A DNA stretch of 64,000 nt from a virus. The notes beneath the pieces are model-generated. The model saw nothing but the letters and a program-made list of their open reading frames with translations, made no database searches and was not told the origin of the DNA. The position numbers and the translations under genes were made by a program. Positions within the stretch are counted from its first letter, which is position 1; each line of letters starts with the position of its first letter. Shown piece after piece: positions 45,272-55,470 of the stretch. The DNA lies in the IMG/VR virus record IMGVR_UViG_3300023251_000001, positions 7,606-71,605 of that record. One strand, given 5' to 3'.

Positions 45272-45754
45272 TTATTGCGGCTTCGCTCTGCTCAATAACT
45301 CCACCAAATTATAATTGGTCAAATTCTCCGTAGGTCCACCTTGCAGCAATGACATCGTCTTCAGTATACGATCAAGACTGTTAGTCAAAGTACTCAACAC
45401 ATCCAATATCTTAGCTGAGTTGATGCTGTTGATATCATCGGCAAATCCTTGACTCAAAATTCTGATGGAGATTTTCAAAATAGTGTCGATCAAAATCTTA
45501 GCGCTCATTTGAGCCGAACTCACTAAGTCTAACTCTCCAACTATCTGTTCCGTTAGTTGATTCTCGAACTGCTTGTCCGACAACCTATCTTGTATTGCTG
45601 CCCTCTTATCGACCCACCCCATCTTTCTGCCATGATGCGCTACTGTCTCTGGCTTTACGCCCAGTTCCCTAGCAATCGCTGAATAAGACTTCTTAGGACT
45701 CGCATAAACGTATGTTCTTTCTACTGCTGTCCAGTCTGCTTTTGATTTTGGCAT
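45272..45754 (-). CDS. terminase small subunit-like HTH protein
   Basis: DW.AVE..YV...SYSAIARELGV...TV...G..MGW..KR N-terminal HTH followed by helical region. Confidence 0.6.
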   Translation of the reverse strand: MPKSKADWTAVERTYVYASPKKSYSAIARELGVKPETVAHHGRKMGWVDKRAAIQDRLSDKQFENQLTEQIVGELDLVSSAQMSAKILIDTILKISIRILSQGFADDINSINSAKILDVLSTLTNSLDRILKTMSLLQGGPTENLTNYNLVELLSRAKPQ

Positions 45755-45784
45755 TTCATTACCTCCTCTTACTTATCCTTTTCG

Positions 45785-45846
45785 GGACAAATGTCCACAC
45801 AAATTTAGACAAATGGCTTGAACATCTCAAGTTTTTCGAGTATGAT
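45785..45846 (+). promoter_or_regulatory. divergent promoter with GGACAAATGTCC palindrome
   Basis: TTGAAC-17bp-TATGAT; palindrome at 45785-45796. Confidence 0.6.
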
Positions 45847-46081
45847 CTGGAAGTATCCGGAAGTTAACAAGCTTCCGAATAGTTCCTGATACTTCCAGAT
45901 CCTTGACAATTTAACTGACACAGGCCGCTCGGTAAAGTTCCGAGCAAAGGAGACTACTATGGCATCAGATGAAATCACGACCGTTCTTGAGAACTCATGT
46001 GGTTACGTATACGCTATCATTGGAGGAGTTACGTACTACTGGGTACACGAAGATCATTACGTTGACTACTAGGAGGCAATA

Positions 46082-47927
46082 ATGGCATTCAAGCCGAACA
46101 CTGAACCAGAGAATGTGGAAGAACGGAGAGCATCTATCAGGGCATTCCATAAGCATGCTGATTCACTTGGCAAGGAAGATCTTCGTAAGCTTGTCACTCG
46201 ACTCGCTGACAATCTGACACCGGAGACACTAGATATCATCATAGGAGGCCAGAATGAAAATTAGCATTGGCAATAACATTGTGATTGCTAGATTCGGGAA
46301 TAAGCGTGGTCTGTTGCCACGTTTCGAAAGATATAAAAATGATCCGTTCGTAGATGGTTGGACTCTTAGGTTGGGAGGAACTGTCATCGACTATTCTCCT
46401 AGTGGATTCGGGAGGGTCGGCAGTGTAATTGACATGGACGAGATTAAGCTTTCGCCGTGGTGGAAGAAATGGTAATCAATTGGTGTCTAACGTGGCTTCC
46501 ACATTTGATGGTAGCTGCGTTAGCTTCCAGAGTTTTAATGTGGATCGTTCTTAAGTTGCGGCAAAATAACATTACTGCTATACTTATGGTATTGCTTGGC
46601 TCTGTGTGCTTATTTACATGGGCTGCGTCGGTAATTGGCTTAGGTGCGTTCTTATGGCTGGCTGGTGATGCATGCAGATCAGTCTTATCTTATTAGGAGG
46701 CAACATGACTAGACTAGTACTGAACAGGTTTCCAGATAATACAATTGTTCGAAATGGCCTTGGTTGCTACATTGCTGACGTCTTCTGGAGTGTTTCGAAA
46801 AGCAGTTGGGTTCACGACGATCTGAGAGGAGGACAAACCAGTTTTGGTATCAGGAAGAAGGCTGAACTCGATACGATTCCAGACGGCATCAAGTTCAAAG
46901 TGATTAACCGAAAAAGGAGAGCAGTATGCAGAACTTCGAGGCGATAAGGGGAGAGGTTGAATCTGAGATTGGTAGATTAGTACCAGTTTTCGTCGATGCT
47001 AAGTATGAGAAGTTGATACTATTGGCTCATCAAGCCGGTGGGCCTTTCAGAGTACAGTTACTGCCTATACTGTTGGCTAATGTAGTTGCAGCACAGTCAG
47101 CACTGGCTATCCAACTAAGCGCAATGGGGAACGCAATCGGAATAGACATGGCTCAATTCAAAACAAACCAATTGCCAATCGAAGAGAAGTTGAGAGGCTT
47201 CATGAGCAAACTTTCTGAGGAGGATAAAGATGCAACAGCCTAACATAGTTAAGAGATATGAATTCGCTGAAGGACCATTGCCGTGGGGATACCTTAAATA
47301 CGTTTCGTTCGACGTGGACGGAAACTGTTTCTACGAAAATGTAGACGGGAGCATAGACCCTGATACAACAGACGAAGGAAAGCAATACTGGACTGTGGCA
47401 ATGGCAAATGATAACGTAGTAGACGGTATTTGGAAAAAGGTGGAGGTGGAGAATGTCAAAAGATAAGGTAGCAACGCGCAAGTTCGAACATTTTACAGGC
47501 GAGTGGGGCGCTGTTTCGCAGAACGTGAACCTCAAGTATGTCGTATTTATCGACGGTGAATGTTACTTTGAATATCATGACGGGCGCACTGTAATCAAGC
47601 CAATGCTTCAATGGACTCTAGGAACAGCAGCATTTGCCGTCAAAGCAAAACAGTGGAAAGAAGTGGAGGTGGAAGATGGAAACAAAGGCTAAGGTAGCAA
47701 CGCGCAAGTTTGAGGATTTCACAGGCAAGTGGGGTGCTTACTCTACAGCAACTGGACTTAAGTACGTTGTCCTTGTCGATGGTGTCTGTTATTTCGAGTA
47801 TAACGACGGGCGTATTGAGAAAGACGAAGACGATTCCTGCCCTGGATATAAATCTACTTGGACTACAGAAGAAGTGGAGTTTTGTATCGCAGCAAAAATA
47901 TGGCGGGAGGTATTCGAATCAGAATGA
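46082..47927 (+). other. second plus-strand operon of small ORFs, ending in three paralogues (47230, 47453, ~47676)
   Basis: SD-led ORFs; LKYV.f.dG.CyfE..DG motif; hairpin 47938-47967. Confidence 0.6.
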
Positions 47928-47950
47928 ACAAAAGAAAAGCAGCGGGGATT

Positions 47951-48304
47951 TTACTCCTCGCTGCTTTCTGCACTCATATCAAGTGTCTCATTGAACTCCA
48001 TAGTTATATCTCTCGACCCATCATCCTCGGCAATCGATTCTAAGGCACCTGTAGTCCCATGGGTTAATGACCTTAGTAAACGAACCGCATCTATACCAGC
48101 CACTCGGCTTACACGCCTCTTGAGCGGACCCTGAAGGTAACGTATCAATTGATTACGGTGTGTAAATCCCCATTCCCGTGCTAACTGTACCATCGAATCA
48201 GCTTCTATCAACTCGATAAGTTGGAATCTAAGAGCAGGAACCGCTTCCATTTTCTCCCAGAATAACTCTTTGTAGACTGCTTCATCAAATGAATTTGTCT
48301 TCAT
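47951..48304 (-). CDS. hypothetical protein (HTH-like)
   Basis: Start MKTNSF overlapping end of upstream gene; MVQLAREWGFT. Confidence 0.45.
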   Translation of the reverse strand: MKTNSFDEAVYKELFWEKMEAVPALRFQLIELIEADSMVQLAREWGFTHRNQLIRYLQGPLKRRVSRVAGIDAVRLLRSLTHGTTGALESIAEDDGSRDITMEFNETLDMSAESSEE

Positions 48305-48683
48305 CAAACATATTCTCCAGATCCTCAATCGTTGTTTCTTCACCAAACGCCTGAGTGAAAGGTATTTCTCTCTGTGAGTATGCTGGGTACAGTAGTTGTC
48401 TCCGTCGCCCAGCTGCATACTCTCCGCTTTTATGTCTCTTGATAAACTGTCTCGCAGTTTGTGTTATGAACGCATCAAGGCTACTGATTAACCCGTCGTC
48501 TAATTTACTGGTGAGGATTATTAGTATCTCTTGCACGATGTCATCTGCATCAGCTATTGAGCGAATGTGTGACCTTACAAAGTCGTCTAGAAATTCGATT
48601 GAGTAACCACATACCGCCTCGATGGCACTGTCATTGCCAGAGTTGGCTTCATTTAGTAATCGTTGACTAATCACTTTAATCAT
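48285..48683 (-). CDS. sigma-factor region-2-like protein
   Basis: A.SGN.SAIE...DADDIVQE.LI...L.AFI...AR; no region 4. Confidence 0.6.
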   Translation of the reverse strand: MIKVISQRLLNEANSGNDSAIEAVCGYSIEFLDDFVRSHIRSIADADDIVQEILIILTSKLDDGLISSLDAFITQTARQFIKRHKSGEYAAGRRRQLLYPAYSQREIPFTQAFGEETTIEDLENMFDEDKFI

Positions 48684-48880
48684 CTTACCCGTGGAGTCGA
48701 ATTAGACTTAGTGAATCCACGGCCTTTGTATTTTCTACTGAAGTGAGGTGGCAATACACGCAAGAAAGATTTCTTGCATTCAGGACACCTTATCTTCGTT
48801 ATATCGCCAGATTCTAAACTAGTAACCGTTGTTTCTTCATGATCACATTTCTCGCACTTAATCCTTCGTCGTCGTTCCAT
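48680..48880 (-). CDS. FmdB-like zinc-ribbon protein
   Basis: CEKCDH...CPEC...YKGRGF. Confidence 0.65.
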   Translation of the reverse strand: MERRRRIKCEKCDHEETTVTSLESGDITKIRCPECKKSFLRVLPPHFSRKYKGRGFTKSNSTPRVR

Positions 48881-49023
48881 GTTGTCCTTTCGGCTTGAGG
48901 AAACCATCGCTACATTTCCAGCATTTAGTCTTACCTACCTTCTTAGCGTATGACGAACTTACCTCTGAGATAGCACCACACTTATTACATACTAGCGTGA
49001 CATTAGTAAACAGTTTGGGCTTC

Positions 49024-49203
49024 TTAGCCATTTAGCACCTCTTTTATTTGTCCAGCGATTTCTTTCGGTCGCTTATTGACATGTTCGATAGTGTACCTCA
49101 AAAGGGTCCAACCGTCAAGTGATATCTGGTTATATTTGTCACAATCGTTAATAAATCCAAGAGGGCTAGTGTGTCTGCTTTTTACAAACACACCACTCCT
49201 CTC
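49024..49203 (-). pseudogene. C-terminal fragment of a DUF559/Vsr-like phage endonuclease
   Basis: Manual translation SGVFVKSRHTSPLGFINDCDKYNQISLDGWTLLRYT...; N-terminal half absent. Confidence 0.55.
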
Positions 49204-49210
49204 TCTTTTT

Positions 49211-50122
49211 TTAATGTTCCCACCCAGGAATCATGCTTCCGAACATCTCGTCTATCTTTCTATATGCTTTCGCATCGATCAACTTCAATGATTCGCCTTT
49301 GTGGTGGATACCCATTCTCTTCAACTTAGTCTTGCTTTTTGGGTCCATATACCCCTTCACTTCGTGATACTCATAACTGCCATCAGCAGCCCATACCTTG
49401 AAATCTGGCGTGTAGAACTTTGATCCTCGCTTAACTGGAAACTCGAATGTGTCAGGCTCATATTCCCACCTGTCTATCTGGCCTTTTTCTTTCATCCAGT
49501 TTAGCAATCTAGCGTAGTTAGCTTCCCACGATGACCGAACGTAAATCCCAATATCGTCACGTTTGCCGCCTTTATACTTAGACTTTCGCATAACACCTCC
49601 AGTTGTTCTAGGATTACTGGACATATACCTTGCCTTGCACTCTATTGAGCAAAACGACCCGCCTCCTTTCCTCTTTTTATCAGATAAAACATTTGGTTTC
49701 ACATGGAATTCAATACCACATACGATGCATGTGCAATTATTCTTCGGCGTTCTTCCAATTTTTGCACACTCTATCGAACAGTATTTGCGTTTATCATCTA
49801 CATTTAATGACGAATATATCCAAAACTCATTCTTGCACACTGGGCATATCTTGCTCGTTCCTTTGTAGTCGTGCTTACACTTCGCGGAACAGAATATCCC
49901 TTCGCCTCTTGCAACGGCAAACGGCTTCTTTCTGAACTGTTTGCCGCAGTTTTTACAAATTCTATCTGGCACACTGCTGTCATATCTCGGATTATTCTCG
50001 CCAGTCATAGCCTTAGAACGGCACAACATAGAACAATACTTCCCCCATCCTTGTCGCTTGTGGCCTGGGCTTGCGTAAAACTCTTTGCCGCATACGATAC
50101 ACCGTGTATTAGCTTTCGGCAT
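49211..50122 (-). CDS. zinc-finger-repeat PD-(D/E)XK endonuclease (homing-type)
   Basis: Four C..CG..F...K(Y/F)CS..C repeats; RSSWEANYA...YEP..F..YTPDF...EVKG. Confidence 0.85.
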   Translation of the reverse strand: MPKANTRCIVCGKEFYASPGHKRQGWGKYCSMLCRSKAMTGENNPRYDSSVPDRICKNCGKQFRKKPFAVARGEGIFCSAKCKHDYKGTSKICPVCKNEFWIYSSLNVDDKRKYCSIECAKIGRTPKNNCTCIVCGIEFHVKPNVLSDKKRKGGGSFCSIECKARYMSSNPRTTGGVMRKSKYKGGKRDDIGIYVRSSWEANYARLLNWMKEKGQIDRWEYEPDTFEFPVKRGSKFYTPDFKVWAADGSYEYHEVKGYMDPKSKTKLKRMGIHHKGESLKLIDAKAYRKIDEMFGSMIPGWEH

Positions 50123-50738
50123 TGCCCATCACTTCAATTCCTGTTTGTTCATACAATTCACTTAATTCGATGGGATACGTTCCGTCAACTACGGTTACGA
50201 GTGGGTTATTCATAAGCCACTCGTCGTGAAGATCTTCAAGGTCTTGCAGATATCCTAGTGGAATCGTATTCTTTTCCTCGAATCTCCCCCGTGCTTCGAT
50301 ACGTTCGAAGCATACCTCAGCAGGTGTACGCAAGTAGATTATTTGATCTGGCTTGCTCGCCCATCGTTCCTCTAACCAATCCCACATTCTGCAGTACAAC
50401 TGATATTCAGTCTTACTTAATAATCCTGATTGATAGCAGTTCTTAGCAAATACATACCTATCACAATAGATAGATCGTTCTAGCAAAACGTTGGTGTGGT
50501 CTGTCATTTCGAGTACTTCTGTCCATGTTTTAGCGCGAGTTACAAACGCTGCTAACTGGAATGTGAAAGCCCACCTTTCTTGGTCCTTATAGAACAGGTC
50601 TAAGAGATTCTCTTCAAAGTCATGTTGCCATGCCCCTACTGGCTCTTCAATGAAACCCATTGCGTTTGTTTCAGCTATCGCTCTTCCTAGAGTTGACTTG
50701 CCCGCACCTATATTTCCTTCGAGTAGGATCATATTCAA
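50109..50738 (-). CDS. deoxynucleoside kinase
   Basis: EGNIGAGKST P-loop, EP, ERS...D..VF, R..ARGR..E lid. Confidence 0.92.
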   Translation of the reverse strand: MNMILLEGNIGAGKSTLGRAIAETNAMGFIEEPVGAWQHDFEENLLDLFYKDQERWAFTFQLAAFVTRAKTWTEVLEMTDHTNVLLERSIYCDRYVFAKNCYQSGLLSKTEYQLYCRMWDWLEERWASKPDQIIYLRTPAEVCFERIEARGRFEEKNTIPLGYLQDLEDLHDEWLMNNPLVTVVDGTYPIELSELYEQTGIEVMGNAES

Positions 50739-50965
50739 CTTTCTCTCCTATCTTGTCCGTGATATGCTCGTATTTCAAAAGCTATACGCTTGGATATGCT
50801 TTCCTTAACAAGTTCTGGAAGTTCAACCAGGCACAGATAATTAGCGATAACTCTCTCTCCATGCTCTTCTGGCGTCATTTCAGCCATAATATACTCCTTT
50901 ATTCAACGAAAACCACTTTTTGTTTAATAGCGCATCTGCTTATTATACGATTGTAAACAAAAGCG

Positions 50966-52723
50966 CTACACATTGTAAACTACACGGTCAGCATACTCAT
51001 CTTTTTTGCCATCATTCCACGTAGAAGTCGGTCGTAAGTATCCAACTATCCTAGTGTAGACTTCGCACCTGGACCCGCATTCAGGACATACATCGTGATT
51101 ACCGCCTAGGTATCCGTGTTTCGGACATATAGAATAAGTTGGAGTAATGGTATAGTACGGAAGCTTAGACCCTATGGCTATTTTCTTCACTAACAGCCTA
51201 GCTTGTTGCCAATCTGCAATAGGTTCGCCTATAAACGAGTGGAATACTGTACCTCCTGTGTAAGCCGACTGTAAATCTTCTTGGTGTCTGATAGCTGTAA
51301 ACAAATCGTCTGTATGACCTACTGGCAGTTGAGTACTATTCGTGTAGTAAGTATGCTGAGGAACGCCTTCCATCGTCTCAGAATCGATCTTAGCTAGTCT
51401 ATGAGCAGCACCCTCAGCAGGAGTAGCTTCTAGATTCCACATCAATCCAGTTTCTACCTGCCATTCTCGCAGGGTTTCTCGTATATAGGTTAAAACCTCC
51501 ATAGCGAATGCTTTGGCAGGCACTTGATCAATTCCCATATCTAAGAGGATTCGTGTCGCCTCATCCATGCCAATAACTCCAATAGTCGAGAAATGATTCG
51601 CCCAATATTTGCCTGTCTCTCTCTTAATGCCTTCAAGGTAGACGGAAGAATAGGGGTACAATCCTTGATCAGTCCAGTCTTCGAGAACTTGTCGCTTGAC
51701 GATGAGAGAGTCTTTGGCAATGGCGAGGATATCATCGAGTAATCTGTAAAATGTCTCTGTGTCCTTTCTGGCATCATAGGCGAGCCTCGGAAGGTTAAGA
51801 GTGACAACTCCAATAGATCCTGTGAGTGGCGCGGAACCGAATAGTCCTCCTCCACGATACATCAACTCCCTGTTATCGATTCTAAGACGGCAACACATCG
51901 ATCTTGCATCCTCTGCAGACATGTCAGAGTTGACATAATTGGCGAAGTAAGGAGTACCATACTTAGCTGTCATTTCCCACAAAGGTTTCAAGTCTTCGTT
52001 GTCCCAGTCAAAATCTTTGGTTATATTATACGTAGGGATGGGGAATGTAAATGGTCTGCCATCAGCATCGCCGTCCATCATGATTTCTGAAAATGCCCTA
52101 TTGAACACATCCATTTCTGGCTGAACCTCAGAGTAGTTGTACTTCAATGGCACTCCACCAACTACTACAGGGTTATCAGCGAATGACTTAGGCACCGATA
52201 GATCCATAGTCAAGTTTGTGAATGGTGTCTGGAATCCTACCCTTGTTGGCACATTCATATTGAATATGAATTCCTGCATCACTTGCTTGACTTCCTCGTA
52301 ACTTAGTCCATCTTCACGGATAAATGGTGCCATTAGCGTATCAATATGACTAAACGCGATAGCTCCAGCCGCTTCCCCTTGTAGCGTATACATGAAGTTA
52401 ACTACGTGCATCAGAGCAGTTCGTAGGTGTTTCGCAGGCTTTGACGCTAGTTTAGAACTAACTCCGCCAAAGCCTTTAATCAGTAGGTCGGTCAAATCCC
52501 AACCAACACAGTATGGTCCTAGAGTCCCCAAGTCATGAATATGGAGTCTCCCAGTGCGGTGCGCGTTTGAGACTTCCTCCTTGTATATGTCGTCCATCCA
52601 GTAATTCGCGATAGCTTTGGATGTAATATGCGTATTAAGTCCTTGCAGTGAAAAATGTTGATTTGAATTCTCCTTTACTCGCCAGTCCGCTTTGCTTAGA
52701 TAGTTCGTAATTCCTGAGTGCAA
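50966..52723 (-). CDS. nrdD: class III (anaerobic) ribonucleoside-triphosphate reductase, no ATP cone
   Basis: HIHDL, FTFPIPT, SMCCRL, EATPAE, YTGGT, glycyl-radical RIVGY. Confidence 0.95.
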   Translation of the reverse strand: MHSGITNYLSKADWRVKENSNQHFSLQGLNTHITSKAIANYWMDDIYKEEVSNAHRTGRLHIHDLGTLGPYCVGWDLTDLLIKGFGGVSSKLASKPAKHLRTALMHVVNFMYTLQGEAAGAIAFSHIDTLMAPFIREDGLSYEEVKQVMQEFIFNMNVPTRVGFQTPFTNLTMDLSVPKSFADNPVVVGGVPLKYNYSEVQPEMDVFNRAFSEIMMDGDADGRPFTFPIPTYNITKDFDWDNEDLKPLWEMTAKYGTPYFANYVNSDMSAEDARSMCCRLRIDNRELMYRGGGLFGSAPLTGSIGVVTLNLPRLAYDARKDTETFYRLLDDILAIAKDSLIVKRQVLEDWTDQGLYPYSSVYLEGIKRETGKYWANHFSTIGVIGMDEATRILLDMGIDQVPAKAFAMEVLTYIRETLREWQVETGLMWNLEATPAEGAAHRLAKIDSETMEGVPQHTYYTNSTQLPVGHTDDLFTAIRHQEDLQSAYTGGTVFHSFIGEPIADWQQARLLVKKIAIGSKLPYYTITPTYSICPKHGYLGGNHDVCPECGSRCEVYTRIVGYLRPTSTWNDGKKDEYADRVVYNV

Positions 52724-52732
52724 TTTATTCCT

Positions 52733-53215
52733 TTATTCGAAGAGACTATGTTCGATTCCAACAACATCTCCTCTTTTGTTTTTCCAAACTCTATCTGATC
52801 CGTCGTCTTCTAAAGTTATGCCCTTTATCTTCGTTTTGACTATTGCCTTCTCTATCTGATCCTTTTCGCTTCCGCTCGCTCCTTTCTTCTCTTCTCTTTT
52901 CCTTTTTCTCTCATCTGCTTTCTTAACCTTTTCAGCTAGCATAACTTCTGTCCTGACTATATGGTCAGTAGTTGGAGTAAAATATCCGTTAGTTTCACCG
53001 ATAACCTTCCAACTATTAGTGCCTCTAACCTTAACAGGAGTCTCCATGCACTCAGCGTAAGAGATATCTGCAATTGGCCTGAATAGAACAGTTGGCGAAC
53101 CGTCCATGTAATAGGTCCCCTTGGCTGAGAATGCCATGCACCTGCTTCTTCCTAATTGGAATAGACACATGCCACTTCCAGTCTCGCAAGGTTTCTTTTT
53201 GATTCGCTTCGCCAT
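52733..53215 (-). CDS. hypothetical protein
   Basis: GGGAGGGAGG SD; co-directional. Confidence 0.55.
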   Translation of the reverse strand: MAKRIKKKPCETGSGMCLFQLGRSRCMAFSAKGTYYMDGSPTVLFRPIADISYAECMETPVKVRGTNSWKVIGETNGYFTPTTDHIVRTEVMLAEKVKKADERKRKREEKKGASGSEKDQIEKAIVKTKIKGITLEDDGSDRVWKNKRGDVVGIEHSLFE

Positions 53216-53233
53216 ACTGTCCTCCCTCCCAGG

Positions 53234-53812
53234 TTACGGTACTACGTGTTGTATATCTTCTAGTGATGCAACAAACAGAGCATCATCTTGTTCTTCAACT
53301 AAAAAATAAGGGTAATCAACTTGCTCAAGCACTTGCTTAATGAACAACTGCCATTCGACAAGCCTGTGACTAATCCTCTGCTCTATTATATGCTGTAGCG
53401 ACTTATAATTCAAGCACATGATTCTTCGCTGCAGGAACGACTCTGGGAGATTCCACTTCACAGTGTCCCATTTTCCTTGATCAATCCAAAGGTTCAAAAG
53501 ATCTAGGTGTGCAATCGGCATTCTGTGGCTGAAATCGTCTTGTGTCAAGTTTCTCTCAGTCATGGTATGCATCGTAGATTCGCTCTGTTTAGTCATGCCG
53601 GTTCTGTAAGTGTCGAATTGTTGCCACCAATATCTAGGAGCATCGACGTCTAACCAAACAGCTATGGACTCAAGAAATTTTGAATGACCACTGCCTTTAT
53701 GCGCCAACGCCTTAGCTACTCTGTCCATCTCCTTGATATCGGTATTGTAAGACAACGAGATGCCTATCTTAGCTGATTCGTACCCATGCTCTTCCATTAC
53801 TGTAACTTTCAC
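53234..53812 (-). CDS. ThyX-like (flavin-dependent thymidylate synthase-related) protein
   Basis: GHSKFLE, APRYWWQQFDTY, QSESTMH, NYKSL..I..QR..HRL.EW; atypical of canonical RHR motif. Confidence 0.65.
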   Translation of the reverse strand: MKVTVMEEHGYESAKIGISLSYNTDIKEMDRVAKALAHKGSGHSKFLESIAVWLDVDAPRYWWQQFDTYRTGMTKQSESTMHTMTERNLTQDDFSHRMPIAHLDLLNLWIDQGKWDTVKWNLPESFLQRRIMCLNYKSLQHIIEQRISHRLVEWQLFIKQVLEQVDYPYFLVEEQDDALFVASLEDIQHVVP

Positions 53813-54104
53813 CTAATGTCTCCTTCATGAAATTTGGCAGATAACTTCAAGATATTCTTACCGAGAGTTACGCTATCTTCGCAGACTGAATACTCAGCGC
53901 CAAGTATCTCATAGCTTTTAACGGTTATTAGTTTCGCCAACCTGAAAATCTCAATATACTCATCAATTTCCTTTATTGGAATATGTAAATCAACACTGAG
54001 AGAGAAAGTTGCCCCAAACCCTGTTTTGCTTATCCGTTTCCAAACCCTATAAAAATCCCTTTCAGCCATCATTGTGTATACAACATCTGTAATTGGGATA
54101 AACA

Positions 54105-55034
54105 TTACTCCTTAACCTCATTACGAATATCCCTTTTTACTACACCGTCTACGATAATCTCGCCCTTCACGCCTTGTATATTCGGCGCTTCAACTAGTCT
54201 TTTCTCATTTCCGTCAATTACGAAATACGTTCGCATATTCACAGTTCTTGGTTTCTTGTTTTCGTCAATCAAATCAGTGAAGGATCGTTTATCAACTAAT
54301 CCTTTTGCTTCAGATAGCACGAATTCTATCTTTTCTGGCTTGATTTGCCTCAGAATCTTCTCAGCCCTTTCCGGATGGAGATGTAAGGCACTCTCCAGTA
54401 CGCCTAGTTCATTTGACTTGAAGTATGTCCTTCTGAGAGGATCGGCAAACGCCGTATCCAAGCCTATTTCAGCGATTAGCGAATTGTACGAACTACACCC
54501 GATTATCGCATGCCCGTCGTTCCTTTTCAGCCAATCTAGCGCTTTTGCAGCTTCCCACATGTTATTAATTCTGGCCTTTACAAAACCTTCAAGTGTCGCT
54601 CTATGTTTGTCAGCGACTACAGCCATTCCAGGAGAAGTGACATTATAGAAATGGATTCTGCTTTTCTGCATTAGTCGGTCGTTCATATTAACGAGAAGTC
54701 CATCTTTGCTATCGAGCGGATCGAACTTGATTATCTTAGACTTACCGGCATGCAAGAGACTATGGTTAGCCCTGGTAACTGTAATCATGTTCCATGGAGC
54801 TAAGGCCTTCAACCCCATCCCGCCTCTAGCAACTATCTCATGGACTTCTCCAAATTCGCCTGAGATTTGGCATACATTACCATCTCTTTCTGAAATCCAA
54901 AGCTTCCTGGCTATTTCATGTAACTCTACCCAATTCTCCACACCAAACGGAAAATAGTCGGAGTGCGGCATAGATAATTTTCCGGTTGGTGCTACAAACT
55001 CATGTCCCTCAACCCACACTGTTCCGTGCATCAT
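54105..55034 (-). CDS. hypothetical protein with degenerate HNH-like segment
   Basis: ERDG.VCQISG...EVHEI..RG......N.I......H. Confidence 0.5.
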   Translation of the reverse strand: MMHGTVWVEGHEFVAPTGKLSMPHSDYFPFGVENWVELHEIARKLWISERDGNVCQISGEFGEVHEIVARGGMGLKALAPWNMITVTRANHSLLHAGKSKIIKFDPLDSKDGLLVNMNDRLMQKSRIHFYNVTSPGMAVVADKHRATLEGFVKARINNMWEAAKALDWLKRNDGHAIIGCSSYNSLIAEIGLDTAFADPLRRTYFKSNELGVLESALHLHPERAEKILRQIKPEKIEFVLSEAKGLVDKRSFTDLIDENKKPRTVNMRTYFVIDGNEKRLVEAPNIQGVKGEIIVDGVVKRDIRNEVKE

Positions 55035-55470
55035 CCCTCCATTTTTTTGCTCTGATGATTGCTAATATCATCTCAGGTGTTATCATTGAGGCTGATTTCT
55101 GACAGCCTCCCGACTCAATCTCTATCTGTCTCCATGAGAGACATTGTATGTATTCCTCTGCCTCTTCTAATGTTTTAGGAGGATGAGATATGTAATCAAG
55201 CTCCTCGATTAGTCCAGGTAAACACATTACATTAGGTACAATATCATTAGGCTCGCCAGTGTTGCCAAACTTCCTGGCATCACTTTTGTTCCTCGACTCT
55301 ACTCCGTATTCTTCCATCAACTTTCTCAAAGCTCCAACTGTTATGTCAAATATCTCCGCTGCTTCAGTTTGAGTACACCCTTCTCCTTCATACAATACAC
55401 AATACAATTGATCTTTAGTAGGATTTCCCATTAGTCTGCTCCCTCCAAATCCAACAACGGTTTTCCCCAC
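55009..55470 (-). CDS. HTH DNA-binding protein
   Basis: LY..EG.TQTEAAEIF.IT..ALR.LM..YG; start probably MGNPTK. Confidence 0.55.
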   Translation of the reverse strand: MGKTVVGFGGSRLMGNPTKDQLYCVLYEGEGCTQTEAAEIFDITVGALRKLMEEYGVESRNKSDARKFGNTGEPNDIVPNVMCLPGLIEELDYISHPPKTLEEAEEYIQCLSWRQIEIESGGCQKSASMITPEMILAIIRAKKWRDDARNSVG

